From: Yuukianura sp. NJ FZ-2021
Lineage: Eukaryota
Reading direction: 5' to 3'
Length of the DNA: 64,000 nt
Assembly (NCBI GenBank): GCA_046563655.1
Contig: CM102286.1
Location: forward strand, 10,912,001-10,976,000
This document shows positions 1-11,704 of the stretch, piece after piece. Made by a program: the position numbers and the translations under genes. Under the pieces are notes generated by a model, which saw only the letters and a program-made list of their open reading frames with translations, was not told the DNA's origin and made no database searches. Position 1 is the first letter of the stretch. Every line of letters begins with the position of its first letter.

Positions 1-226
1 TTGAAAACTTTAAGTCTTGAAACTGTCTGCTTTTCTTACGCACAAACAAAATTATTGGGTGCAGTCACTTCAATGTGAGTGCCTTCCCCAACTTGATCTG
101 CTGCTACTCCTAGAGCAGCGTCCGTTGATGGCCCGACGAATTCCGTTTTCTGTCCATCATGAATTCAAAATCTTGCTTTTGAATTAGAATGTCAACGACG
201 GTTGGGTTGTCAACTACTAACCTAAC

Positions 227-739
227 CTAACCTGTTTTCGGTTGACGATGAAACACATCATAGCTTTCTTCGGTATTTAAACCTTTCAATAAGTATTTGA
301 TGCGTTTTCCGTTTTTCATAACGGTTCCCTGACTCTTGTCTAGTTGATCGCACACACGCATGATGTTACTACAATACTCGTCGATACGGACGTTCTTTCT
401 ACGCCGCATCTGAGCAAGTCGATGCTCAACGGCGTTTTCAGTAAGACGATACTTAAAGTCTAGTTTGAAAGCTGCCTCAAACTTAGGCCATGACAAAGGC
501 AATAATTCGCCATCGTCATCTATGTTGGCCGGATCCCTTTTCCAGTCCGTGCAGTAATTCAACCACCAAGTTTTGGCATACTTGGTGAGGTAGAGCGGAA
601 AGTGGGTGACTTTGGCAGCGTCATCCCAGTGCTGCGTAGCAGCGACCGCCTTAAATGTTTGCATAAAAATCGTAGCTTGGGTTCCCCGTTTCCCTTCAAA
701 CATGGGGTCACCAGAAGGGTTCCACAGGAAAACAAACAC
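227..739 (-). mobile_element. Ty3/gypsy-type LTR retrotransposon gag (capsid-like) relic
   Basis: The ORF has the Retrotrans_gag pattern: PMFEG, F..VAATQHWDD..K..HFPLYL..YAKTWW, SWPKFEAAF, L....RR.N..IDEY, C.QLD, YLLKGL. It ends at a short (CTAAC)n run and the upstream frame is broken. Confidence 0.7.
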
Positions 740-2599
740 ATTTTCCGCTCACTTTGGTGCTATTAATGGCACTGGGTCAGGGCCATTTTCTCCCGAACCC
801 CTGCACCAGTATTATCTGGGTCGCTTGGCACTTTGTATAGTTGAAAATAAGTCCCTCCGGAGACGATTTCTCTTCCTTAAATTCCGGCGTGGAGTTTTGA
901 TTCTTGATGACTTACTCATTTCCACAAGCTTCATCTGAGTATGCGGATGCATGTTCCTATAGTGAAGAAAGTGCGCTATGGCATCCTGTTCTTCGGCCCT
1001 CCAGTAGCTCGGAGTTGCGCGGTATCCCCTGTTGTTCCATGCCGCTCTGAGGCCGTCAAATGTAGAGTAGGCATCACGAATTACCAGTTCTATATCACCA
1101 GTTCTCTCCGGTCGTCTGGTTTTCGTAAATGACCTACTGGAGGCAGACGCAGCCGTCCCAGTCGTCATGTTCACAAGGCCTTGATAGAACTGATCACATT
1201 TCTATTTGTTTCTTTGTAACTTTGAGACTGTGAAGTGAAAAGTGATCTAATACAAAACGTCGAAAGCTACACACTTTGAATACTGGAGACGACGATGTTG
1301 TGTATGCTGAATAGAGATTTATTCAAGTCCCTGAGTGGCAAGTACACATGAGAAACTGAAAACCAGAATGAGAGTGAGAGTGTGGCTTTCATACTAAGTA
1401 GGACAAGGATGAGAAAAAGGAAAAGAAGCACAAGGTGAATTGGTTTGTGAAGGTCTTTACAACAAAGAAACAAGTTTTGAAGGTGAACAGTAATTATTTC
1501 CTAATACATTACAGACGAGGCAAAAAAATGCATCTTAAACCTTGAAGCAGAAAAACTGGCTGATAGCCACACATTTATTGAAAACTTCTTTTTTTTTACA
1601 AATTTTCGGGGTCAACTTTCGAAACAATACTCTCCATCGTCTTCACGAAAGCGTCAATGTCAGCTCTGTAAAACGTTAACTTTGGGCCCAAAATAGCCAT
1701 TACATTTTGAGTTGTCACTGGGGAAGTCTAGGTAAAAAAAAAATATCGGTCCCTGCGGACGTTGATAAATCGTATCCGAAACTGCATCGTTTCACTGTAC
1801 CAACCATCCTCATGCGTCCAAAACGAAAGCTCCTTTGGTTCAATTAATGTTCCCACCTCGTACTAGAACTTCGGAGTGCCAGCTTTCACTGACTCATCAA
1901 TCTCTGCCACGATTGATTTGAATTGGTCGAGGATGAGTGGTCAAACATATCAATGGTAAAATAGTTTCCCCTTCCCATCATCCGATGGCTCCGTCTTCCT
2001 CCCTGGTGATCACGGCTACTTCAGAAATGAGCGTCATGCGCCGCAAAAAGAAAAATGTTAAAATTTATGGAGACATTGCTTGCTCCTTTTCTTCTTGTTG
2101 TGTGTAAACTCAAGTTTATTCAGTTGTTAAATGGATTGTGATGTTGAGATGGTTTTACATTGGTCTTTTTATACTAACGAAAGTGAAAAGGAGAGAAGGA
2201 GGAAATTGCATGATTATGCAATGTTGCTTAACCTAACAATGGTTGGGTGTGAGTGACCCTATTTCTTGACACCATTACGTAAGGGTGCATGAGAATGCGT
2301 ACCTTGGTTAAGTATGTCAGATCAAACGAGTTTGTTTGCATCTGAGAGATTATGTAATACATTACACTTCTTCTTCTGGAAATTTGCCTGTTGGAATAAA
2401 TACTCCTCCTTCAATTCTTGAAGGCATAGAATCTACTTGGCTCTATATCCCTGACACCCCTCAAATCTCCTGCAGTAGATTCAGTTCTCTCGCAGTCCAT
2501 ACTCTCAGAGGTATTCACAATAATGCTCCCTTCCATGAGCATGGAGTTTTCATACCAGAACGTCTGACGCCATGTCATCCTCCATTCCGGTCGACTCCT

Positions 2600-3051
2600 G
2601 GGGAATCTCCTCATTAACGAAGGGCAAACAGACTAGCTGGGTCGTCTAAATCGGTCCCCAGGCTCGAACGGAGACGAATCTCTGCAGAGCGCAAGGGTCT
2701 CTCATGACCAATCTGGACTCACACTACGAACAAACTCCGTCCTCACAGATCCCACCCCACTGACGGCCGACTATGACACTAGCAGAGAACGGCTGAGAAG
2801 AGACAAGGCAACCCTGGTTGGTTGAGACAGATCGGTTTATTGGTCACTGAATAGCCTACTCCAGTAACAAGGACGTAGTGGCCTAGAGAACGAAAGCTGC
2901 AGAGCTGAAGCTCCTTCGCAGTCGACCTCCAGAACCCAACTCCCCCTCACTCTCTTCCGCGTTGTGCTAGATAAAGAGTGAGTCTGGGCTGGAGATGCCC
3001 ATGGCTATCTCCAGCCCGTGTGAGTACTATTGCCCGGTAATAGTGCTCACA
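2600..3051 (-). mobile_element. Candidate LTR-like structured segment
   Basis: This block is GC-richer than its flanks, begins TG on the minus strand at 3051, has a minus-strand AATAAA at ~2836-2841 and several hairpins. No second LTR copy is in the window, and the left boundary is uncertain. Confidence 0.3.
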
Positions 3052-3695
3052 TATTCAACCCCATCACGGCGAAATTCCTGGTATTTGAACAATTCTGAGT
3101 GATAATTGATAACTTACTCGTTTTCGATCATTTTGAACGTTTGTGTTGAGTTTTTTTGCCTTAAATCTAGTATCCTAAGATTCATTCTGACTTGCAAATA
3201 TGTAATAGTGAGTAAATCGTAACCTAATCAATTCCAAATGGTGAACTGAATTATTCCTAGTGAACTTAACTTAAAAGTGACAAGTGTACGACAATCAAAT
3301 AATATTGATACTAAATTGCAGGTGGTTAAATTGAAGGAAATTATGTGGTGAACGAAAAGAGAAAAAAAATCGATTACAAACACAAAGAAAATTGTTCGTT
3401 AGTAACATAGAATTAAAACTTGTTTGTTTGAATGTTGTTGCACTTCTTGTTCCTTTCCTTCCTGTTTAATTATTACCTGTTGCTTCATTTTTTTTTTCAA
3501 TTATTTGTGCTGAAATTTTTCTACGACGTTTGCATCGAATACTATTGTGGTAGTTTTTTTCGCGCGCGGTCTTTTTTCCAAAACAAAATACACAAAACAT
3601 ATGTGAGCTTATAATAACTCAAACTTTAATTCTACTTTAACCGTGTTTTACCGTATTTTACCGTACTTTTAAATTACTAAATTCAAAATCTCAAT

Positions 3696-4025
3696 TCATA
3701 TTAAACTGTATTTTGATAGGGCAATTGCCAATGTCAAATAAACTAATTGAATTGAAATATGTGAGCTTATAAATCTGTGAGTATAAGAAGCTGTAAGGTA
3801 TTCGTTCCCAGCATTCCAAGGTGTCTTCATAAAAACTGGACAATTTGAATCGCAACAAAATTTCGGTGAGACGAGAAATTCTTCAAACCGAATCCAGCTT
3901 TCCTTATTCGGTTTGTTGCAAGAATTACAAACTAAACCGAAGTCTTTCATACGTTCCACTTTTTGTGGGTTTCGTTCCAATTGAGTTTGGCAAAAGGCAC
4001 ATTAAGTAAATTGTGTACTACTCAT
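3696..4025 (-). pseudogene. Small Cys-rich (CxxC...CxxC...CCxxxC) ORF with one premature stop
   Basis: The ATG at 4025 is in frame with the listed 3696..3980 ORF and reads MSSTQFT*CAFCQTQLERNPQKVERMKDFGLVCNSCNKP...KFCCDSNC. A minus-strand TATAAAG lies at ~4092-4098. Confidence 0.4.
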
Positions 4026-5791
4026 TGTTGTTTCTAATTTCCATTAAAAGGTGGAGGTTTAACTAACACTTGAAAACTGAGTTGAGTTCTCTTTATACGT
4101 GTTCCTCTTAGTTTAGAAGTTGTCAATGTTCGGTTCACTTGTCGATGAGAGAGTATAAAAGAAGTTGTAAGAGTTTTCTTTAATTCATAAAAATATACAC
4201 CACCAGAAATTATTTTTGGTTTTTTATAAATCTTTCTAGTAAATATTAATGCTACATGTTACCGTGGCCTCTATGACCTATCTAATGACCTTATGGAAGC
4301 CTTAAGGGCTGTATGGAAGGGTCTCAGTAGAACCTCCATTTAAACGGGGTAATCCTTCTAAACCAGTAAACCTATGCTCAAGAACTACTAGTTGTCCTCT
4401 GAAAACAACTAACTGGTCGAGGCCTCCTGCCTCCGTGGGTTTAACACCCACCCACCCCTCGTGACCTAGGGCTTCGACCCGGGCGCTTAAGGGTACCTTC
4501 CACCTAACCATTCGACCTGCTCGTGAGTTGGACTTTTCCAACACACCTATTCCACTACTGTGTGTGTGTGCTGGGGCTTTGGTTGGGCCTGGATCCACCA
4601 ACAACGTAACTACCCATGTCTTTGTATGAAATATTAAAATATATGAGAGTATTGTGCTCACCATATGGCTTCTGTAGATATGGTACGGAGTGATGGAATG
4701 CTGATAGATTGATGGCGTGTTGAATAGACGTCGTTTGGTTTGGTGTAGTTAGTTTATTTGTCCCAATAGTAGTTTTCCCACTAACTGAACGTTCTTAAAA
4801 TCTAACAACACCAATAGGTAAAGGCTAACTTTAAGAAGAGAAGCGAATTCAAGAAAGACTTTTTCGAGAAAGTTTAAGACGGAAACTAATTTAAGAGTGA
4901 CTTTAGCAAGTTCCTAACTAGAAAGCAAATTTAAGAATAACATAACTTCTACAAAGTTTCCACTAGTATTTATAACCTACATTTTGACCCATGATGGTTG
5001 AATCCGACTGTATCTTAATTTGAAAGAAAATGAGCAATTAAAGTCTAGTGTAAGTAAGAAATGGATTGAAAGAACCCAGTTGACACTGCAGAAACGAAGC
5101 GACGACCGTGTGTGCTATTCCGAACTGCATGACCAATAATTCCAAGTTGACCTCCAATTCTTCTGCTTAATTAACTTTATTTACTGTTCGAAAGAGTCGA
5201 CTCTATTGCAAGCTCGACGGACAATTGAAAAGAAGAAGTTAGCAGAGAGACTTCTACAAAAGGACTCTAGTACAAGACTGCATGATGAAATCGAAAGTGT
5301 GCTGGACACAGTCTGATTTGCACACGATTTAGGTTAGGTTAGGCTGCAGAAAATGGCATTCAACTGAGCATGCCATGACTAAAGTTACAAATCTGATTAA
5401 ACAAAAACTTGATAAAGGAAAGATATGTTCTATGGTGAGCATTGATTTAAGAAATGCTTTTCCAAGTGTACATAGAGGTTAGGTTTTTATTACATATTAC
5501 ATATTTTTACATTTAAAAAAATATTTCTTGAAAAAAACAAAAAATATTTAACAAAATATTCTCAGAATTAAAAGTTACCCTTTTCGCGCATTAGTTTAAT
5601 GAGCGAATTTCTTTGAATTGAAGTAAATTATTTCAGAAAAATTTTGAACGCGCGAAAACGCGTATGCATTCAGTAAATTGATTGTACGTGCAGGAAACAG
5701 TACTCTTAAACAAATGTAACGCTTAAACCCAATTCCAGAAAAAAAAAACTAGGTATAATCGTACAGATGGATCAGTGTCAGTGTACGCAGG

Positions 5792-5792
<1 letters not shown>

Positions 5793-5870
<78 letters not shown>
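5793..5870. repeat. (TA)39 microsatellite
   Basis: Uninterrupted TA dinucleotide run. Confidence 0.97.
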
Positions 5871-5873
<3 letters not shown>

Positions 5874-6184
5874 GCGCATGTATGCCTAGAATCCTTTTAA
5901 AAGCGTTTCTAATTGGGATAGGTGTTCTGTAAAACTCGTATTCATGGTATAGTTGAGTAGTAATTATAAGGAAATAGCTAAATATATCGTGAAATAAAAA
6001 ATATTTTAGTAAATATTTCACTAATTTTTAGTACATATTTACATACATATTTCACTAGTTTTAACAACATATGTTTTGCGGCTCTGGTTATAAAAGAAAA
6101 GTTCATGGAAATTGGAAATTTTACAGGACTGATTCAAGGGGAATGAGTGTTTTGGGACCCTTGGTTTTTAACCTACTTCATAAA

Positions 6185-6690
6185 GAGAGCCCCAAAAAAT
6201 ATTTCTTACCAATATTTTAAATATTTTAAATATTAATTTTTTATAAATATTTTTGAAAATAAGAAATATTTACTAAATATTTTGGGGTTTTTGAAAAATA
6301 TTTGTGTTTCAAGTCAAATTTCGTGCAAAAACCGATATTTTTCGGTATGAAGGGTCAATGGAGAAGATGACCATATGCCGTACGTAACAAACAGCACTTC
6401 GGAAAATATTTTTTGCATAGGAACCGCCGAAATTCCTTCAAGGGATTCACTAAAACGGTATAAATTTTTAACAGCAATGACTTTTGAGTAAATCAACAGC
6501 ACAAATTAATAGTTCGAATAATTTTTACAGTGCTAAAAACAAATATTTTGTGTTTTTGGGCGCCTGAATGCTTTAATTTACAGAAATATTGTTGTTTTTA
6601 GTAAATACTTAAGCATATATTTTGCCAGTTTTCAGGAAATATTTAAATAAATATTTCGGTAGTTTATAGAAAATACTTATTGGGGCTCTG
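6185..6690. mobile_element. hAT-type MITE inserted in the LINE RT
   Basis: Termini are GAGAGCCCCAA and TTGGGGCTCTG (TIR consensus CAGAGCCCCAA). An 8-bp direct repeat TTCATAAA sits at 6177-6184 and 6691-6698, and the interior is AT-rich and non-coding. Confidence 0.85.
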
Positions 6691-7639
6691 TTCATAAATG
6701 ATCTTGAAGCAGAAATTAAGCATGCGAAAGTGGAAATGTTTGTGGATGATATAAATTTACGGTTAAGGAAAAGACGAACTAATTGGAATTGTAAATGAAG
6801 AAATGGGGAATTTCACAGTTTGGATCGATGACAATTATCTAATAATCAATGAAGAGAAAACAAAGTTAATAATTTTTTAAATAATGTTAATCTACAAGTT
6901 TAAAGACTTTTTACCTTATCTGCAAAAAAAATTATCGTTGAAGGGTTGAAGCCACCGTAAAGTCACCCTTAAAGTATATGGTAGGGATATGGGGGAGACC
7001 ACTACTAAAAACATTAAAAATGTTGAGAAACTAATGAAATGGCAAGACTTGTCTTTGGTTAAAACAAAAGTATGAACCGATTTCAAATGATATGACTAAA
7101 ATTACAGTGGTTGTACCCGAAAGTCATGTCTCAGCATATGATTTTGTCAATGGTGTTTCTAATTTCCAATAATAATTTAGTGCAAGCGTTTGAAAATTTG
7201 TAAACCAGTCAAAGAATCGCATAGTTATTGGACTAGGCTATCTAATGATGGAAATAAATTATAGAAATAAATATGATATAATTGCATTGTATTATAAATC
7301 GATGCTTCTATGGAATAGGTTAGACAAGAGCTGAAGTAGTTATAGAAAATTATAACAAATTTCAAAGTGAACTTAAAAAAGTACTGTTAAAAAACAACTA
7401 AAAATTAATGAAGAGAAAAGACTGGAAACATAAATAGATTAAAAACTGCTTGATTGGAGTATGGACACATTTGTTGTTTCTAGTTAAGATTTAGCATAAA
7501 AAAAAGTATAAACAATAAATAAATTTCAAAAAATAAAACCATTCCGCCTGGAAGGACGACAGGGAAATACTGCAGGGGCGTTGGTCAGACCGAATCCGAC
7601 AAATAAATACTCCTTGCCTCTGTGTGTGTTACGAAGCTA

Positions 7640-7755
7640 CCGCATAGTAGTTTGCTAACACGAAAAACTTTTTACCTGACCTTTTTTTCTCATTGAAGTA
7701 AAGGAGAAAAAAGAGTCAAGGGAAAAGTTTTTTGTGTTAGCAAACTATTATACGG
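7640..7755. mobile_element. Small fold-back MITE (Tc1/mariner-pogo type, TA-flanked)
   Basis: Imperfect inverted arms of ~50 bp (CCGCATAGTAGTTTGCTAACAC... / ...GTGTTAGCAAACTATTATACGG) with TA on both sides. Confidence 0.7.
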
Positions 7756-9571
7756 TAGTCCCTCTACATCGTCGGGATGAATAGGTAATGGGAAATAAAC
7801 TGACATCAAGTCTATAACACATCGTGAATTTACATGAACCGATTCTAATTTTAACAATAATCGTGCATACCGAGTACAATCAAAAGCCTTTGCGGAAAAA
7901 AGTCAGTCAAAGGTGAACGATTTTTCACTTAGGTTCGACTTTGCCATTTTCAAATAGAGAAAGCTACTTTACAATTCGATTCATGTTTGCATGTCTGTTT
8001 TGGTCAAAATGTTAGAACGATTATATTATGCAATATCCTATGCGGTGTCGATGATATCCACTTTGTCGACTTTTCATTCGCGGCTTGATAACCAGTGAAG
8101 GAGTTAATTGAACGAAATGGATCAATCCAGAGCGGTGGGCTCCACCCGCTGGATTTGAGTAATTTGCAAGAAAAATACTGAAAAAAATAACATAAAAGAA
8201 GAAAAACTAATATAAAGCACAAAAACAAAGGCAACCTCGTTTTCAAGCAATTCGTTAAGCTAAACGCAAGTAAACGTTATAGTTTGTAATTTTCCAATTT
8301 CTATTGTTTTTCAATTTTCGCGCTAAGTTTCAAATTTCTTCCTTTCTTCTACATTTCTACCAGTGCACAACCAGCGGAAGAAATGAGTCTCCTCTCCACG
8401 GAGCGAACCTTTTGTAATTAACTATAGACGAGATTAATCGTAAACGCGAAATTCGCAAATACATTTACCTCTAACCATTTCACTTTTCGTCAAATTAGCA
8501 TGGAATTTAAAGAACTGGAGTCGGTATTTGGTTTTTTTTTTCAAAGATCTTTTTTCTCTCATCTCTGCGATAATCGTTTTTCACTATTCAAGAGGTTGTT
8601 CCATTTTTTGCCGATGTTGGCAGCATGGACTAACCGCACACGCCCGGTTATCGCGGTTACTAAACGACTTGACTGTTGGTAAAATTTACGACGGTTGTTC
8701 ATTGGATGCATACTGTATAGCAGTTGTCTTTAACCGGAAGTTTAAGGGGGGATGGGAGCCAGCGTTTGTTTACGATTTGGTGTCAGCCATTGCCATTAGT
8801 AACAAAGCAAAATCACTGCTCAAACTTGCAAAAGTCGGCACTGTTTCCAACGGTTGACTAATCAAAGTTTTTCGCAGTATAGCAATTCAAACAACTTGGG
8901 ACTCAACAATCAACTTGTATCCATGGAGACGGCTTATTTCAGTGCCGACATTTGCGAATTGCTAAATAATGTCAGAATTACATCTATTTTCTCTTATAAG
9001 TGTCTTACCATAATACCTAAAAATGCGTTTGAGGTGTCTAAAAATCCGGAAGACCATGGCGGACAATGATCAGGGACCAATTTCCCAAATTTTGGTGTCA
9101 TACAATACTTAGACAAAATTGGACTTTGTATCGTATTTTTAGCATCGTTTAGCAGCAAAATATCAAATTCTGACCCCTGATAATTCTTCCTCATGTATCA
9201 ACGAATTTTTGGAGGTATTGTACAAATTGCTACGTCATTCCTGTGAGGACTTATAAGGCCTGGAAGTTAACCAATTTGAGCTGAAACGAGACCCCCCGTT
9301 GGTAAGGGATATGGGTCCTTAATTTAGTGTCGCAAAAAATTTGTACCGTTCGAAAATACCATGTAAGCAATGCACATATACCTAAAGAACTTGGACCCGA
9401 AGTCGTTCTGTAACGCTCTGGTATTGTGAGCTGAGACTTGTAATAGCAAAATTTTACAATAATATTGATAAATAAATTGAAATGGATGAACCAATGGTTA
9501 AAAAAAAGAAAACGGCGGGGAAAAAGTTTGAGTTTTTGAAACGAGTTTTCGTTGAAACGGTCGTTTTATTT

Positions 9572-10524
9572 TCACCAAATAAAATTTTTGACGCACTTTC
9601 CAGACGGTGAACGTGAAGTTCCGCGTTTACAGCTGCCCCGACTGAGAGATCCAAAAGCGTAATCCGCCACGTCATCGTCAGAAGCGCATTGCGGAAGAGA
9701 GATCCCAGCAAGAAACTGAACCGTTTGGTCCATCGAACATTCGGGAGCCGGCGATCCCAAAAGAACGCATCGCTTATTAAAAAGAACAAACTGGCTGTCT
9801 TTGATGTTACGAACGTCGGTAGTGGCAATCAAGAGACAGGGATTCATTTCGCATTGAAACTGTTCCGAATCTTCATTCATAGCTAACCATTCATCCGCAC
9901 TACAAGGTCCCTTGAAAATAATTTGAAAAATTTCAACCAATTTTTAGAAAATGTTGGGAAAAAAATTAATAATAGAATATGTACTTGATTGAAAAGCGGA
10001 AAGCATTTCCCACTTATTACGTCCTGGACAAAAGTCATCTGGTTCTTTTTGTTTCCAGTTTGTTGACAGTGACACTGACCTGTGACCTCTTCCGTAGAAT
10101 CTACCGTAAGGTCAAACACCATATTGTATGGGCAAGGGCCAGGTGAACCAGCCGCGTAGAATCGCTTCGTTGTTTCGTCGAAATAAAATTTAGTCGGACG
10201 AAGAGATCCCTCTTCCGTGATCCTTGGGTCGTTCTTCTCCCTTTAAAAAATTGTTTTTTTTTAAGAAACATCTTTCCTAAAAAAATAAAAACCAATTTAA
10301 TTTACTTACCTTGTCGAAAATTGAGCTGGAGTTGAAGATTCATCTTCGTCGCCAAAAATAATTTGAGGCTTAAATCTCGATGGTTGGGTGCTGCGTTGAT
10401 GTCTCTGACGCCTGAAGTAGCTGGACGTAGAACTTTCCGAACGAACATCCACTGGAGCTGGTATCAAGGTAATCAAAATTCCAAAGTAAATACCACATTT
10501 CACAAAATTGTTTTGAGTTACCAT
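9572..10524 (-). CDS. Secreted Cys-rich arthropod protein, DUF4789-like (3 exons)
   Basis: Exons are ~10524-10310, ~10242-9985 and ~9911-9572 with GT-AG junctions. The product has a hydrophobic N-terminus and a CFPLFNQGPCSADEWL...CEMNPC...C...C motif typical of this family. Confidence 0.65.
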
Positions 10525-11704
10525 TTTAAAATTAATAAATACGCAATAGAAACGATAAAACTTTAGGACAAATTGTCATTGAATACTGCCGTCAAGTCAC
10601 TTTTTTGTTGGATTTGCATTACGTTCCGTAAAAAAAAATTCCTCACCACGCCAAAAAACAAACCCAGTTCGTAATAAATTATTTTAACAGAGTCAACAGA
10701 GATAATCATCAGCGGAACTTGGTTTTCGCCCTAAGAATAATATTAATTCTGCCGTTCCCTCTTCTTTATTTTTTCTCAGAAAACTTGAATTTTTATAGTT
10801 TAGGCAACCAGTTCCGCCGAGGTCACAAGTCTTGATATGCGCAATTTAAAATAGTACTGCCTTGTATGCTTCAATGATACTAAATTTGCTTTGTTTTCGC
10901 AGGGAAACTTAATGCAATTGTGTTGTTTGTTTTAGGTATAGATGAGTTTAATCACATTACTGCACTTAAAGATTTAGTGCACCTCAAAATTAATCAATTT
11001 TATGAGCCGAAACTAAGGAGTACAACGATTTGAATTTGAAAATTCGAATCAGTAAGGTGTTCAAATGAATTTCATTTCATTTTACGTCAAGTCATTCTAT
11101 TTTGTGTTGATGCAGATACGCCACATAACTTTGTTTTCCAATATCAATGAAAAAATATTTTCTCTCACAAGAAGAGGAATTAAAATTAAAAAGGAACATT
11201 TGCTTACAAAAAAACGCACGACACCATAACGAAGCAACCATATGTATTAGGGAAAAATTGCAATTTAGCATCGTTTCATACCCAATGACAATCGCTTAAA
11301 TTAAAAAAAAAACAAATATCCTCCCAACACTTTTTTTTTACTGCTGAATACCACTGTGACGTAATGACATAAGCAAGCATGGAATAATGCCAATGAAATT
11401 AAGGATTGAAAAACTACACTTTAGTCACGGATTACTCATTTATGAGTAAACGTCGTACATAACCTTTAGCAGCGCACATGGCAAAGCCAAAAACGTTCAA
11501 GAATTTGATTTTTAAATACTTTCTGAAGTCACCATTATTGTATATTTCAAGGAGTACGCAAGCAGAAGACGGTTTCGTTTTCCGGTTATATTTTAATAAG
11601 CAAAAGTCCAAAGGTATCAATTGCTTTGTTCTTCGACTCATATCATTTTAAAAGAAAAAGTAACGAATACTATTTTACATAACATTCTTTTGCCTAATTT
11701 CACC

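Larger units (their letters stand above)
5340..7540 (+). mobile_element. Degraded non-LTR retrotransposon (LINE) reverse transcriptase and 3' end
   Basis: RT motifs occur in the expected order: GCRKWHSTEHA (~5343-5375), LDKGKICSMVSIDLRNAFPSVH (~5408-5473), QG..VLGPLVF (~6135-6170) and FINDLEAEIKHAKVEMFVDD (6691-6750). There are frameshifts, insertions and an A-rich tail at ~7500-7540. Confidence 0.8.

Noticed and set aside
217..233. (CTAAC)n / TTAGG telomere-like runs here and at ~5329-5343
   Set aside because: Only about three units each; too short to call interstitial telomeric arrays.
5749..6021. 90-aa ORF with a YIYIYI run
   Set aside because: It is a translation of the (TA)n microsatellite and AT-rich insert, not a gene.
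8480..9430. Several short ORFs on both strands between the repeats and the DUF4789-like gene
   Set aside because: I could not build a consistent exon chain or recognise any motif. A small gene or pseudogene cannot be excluded.
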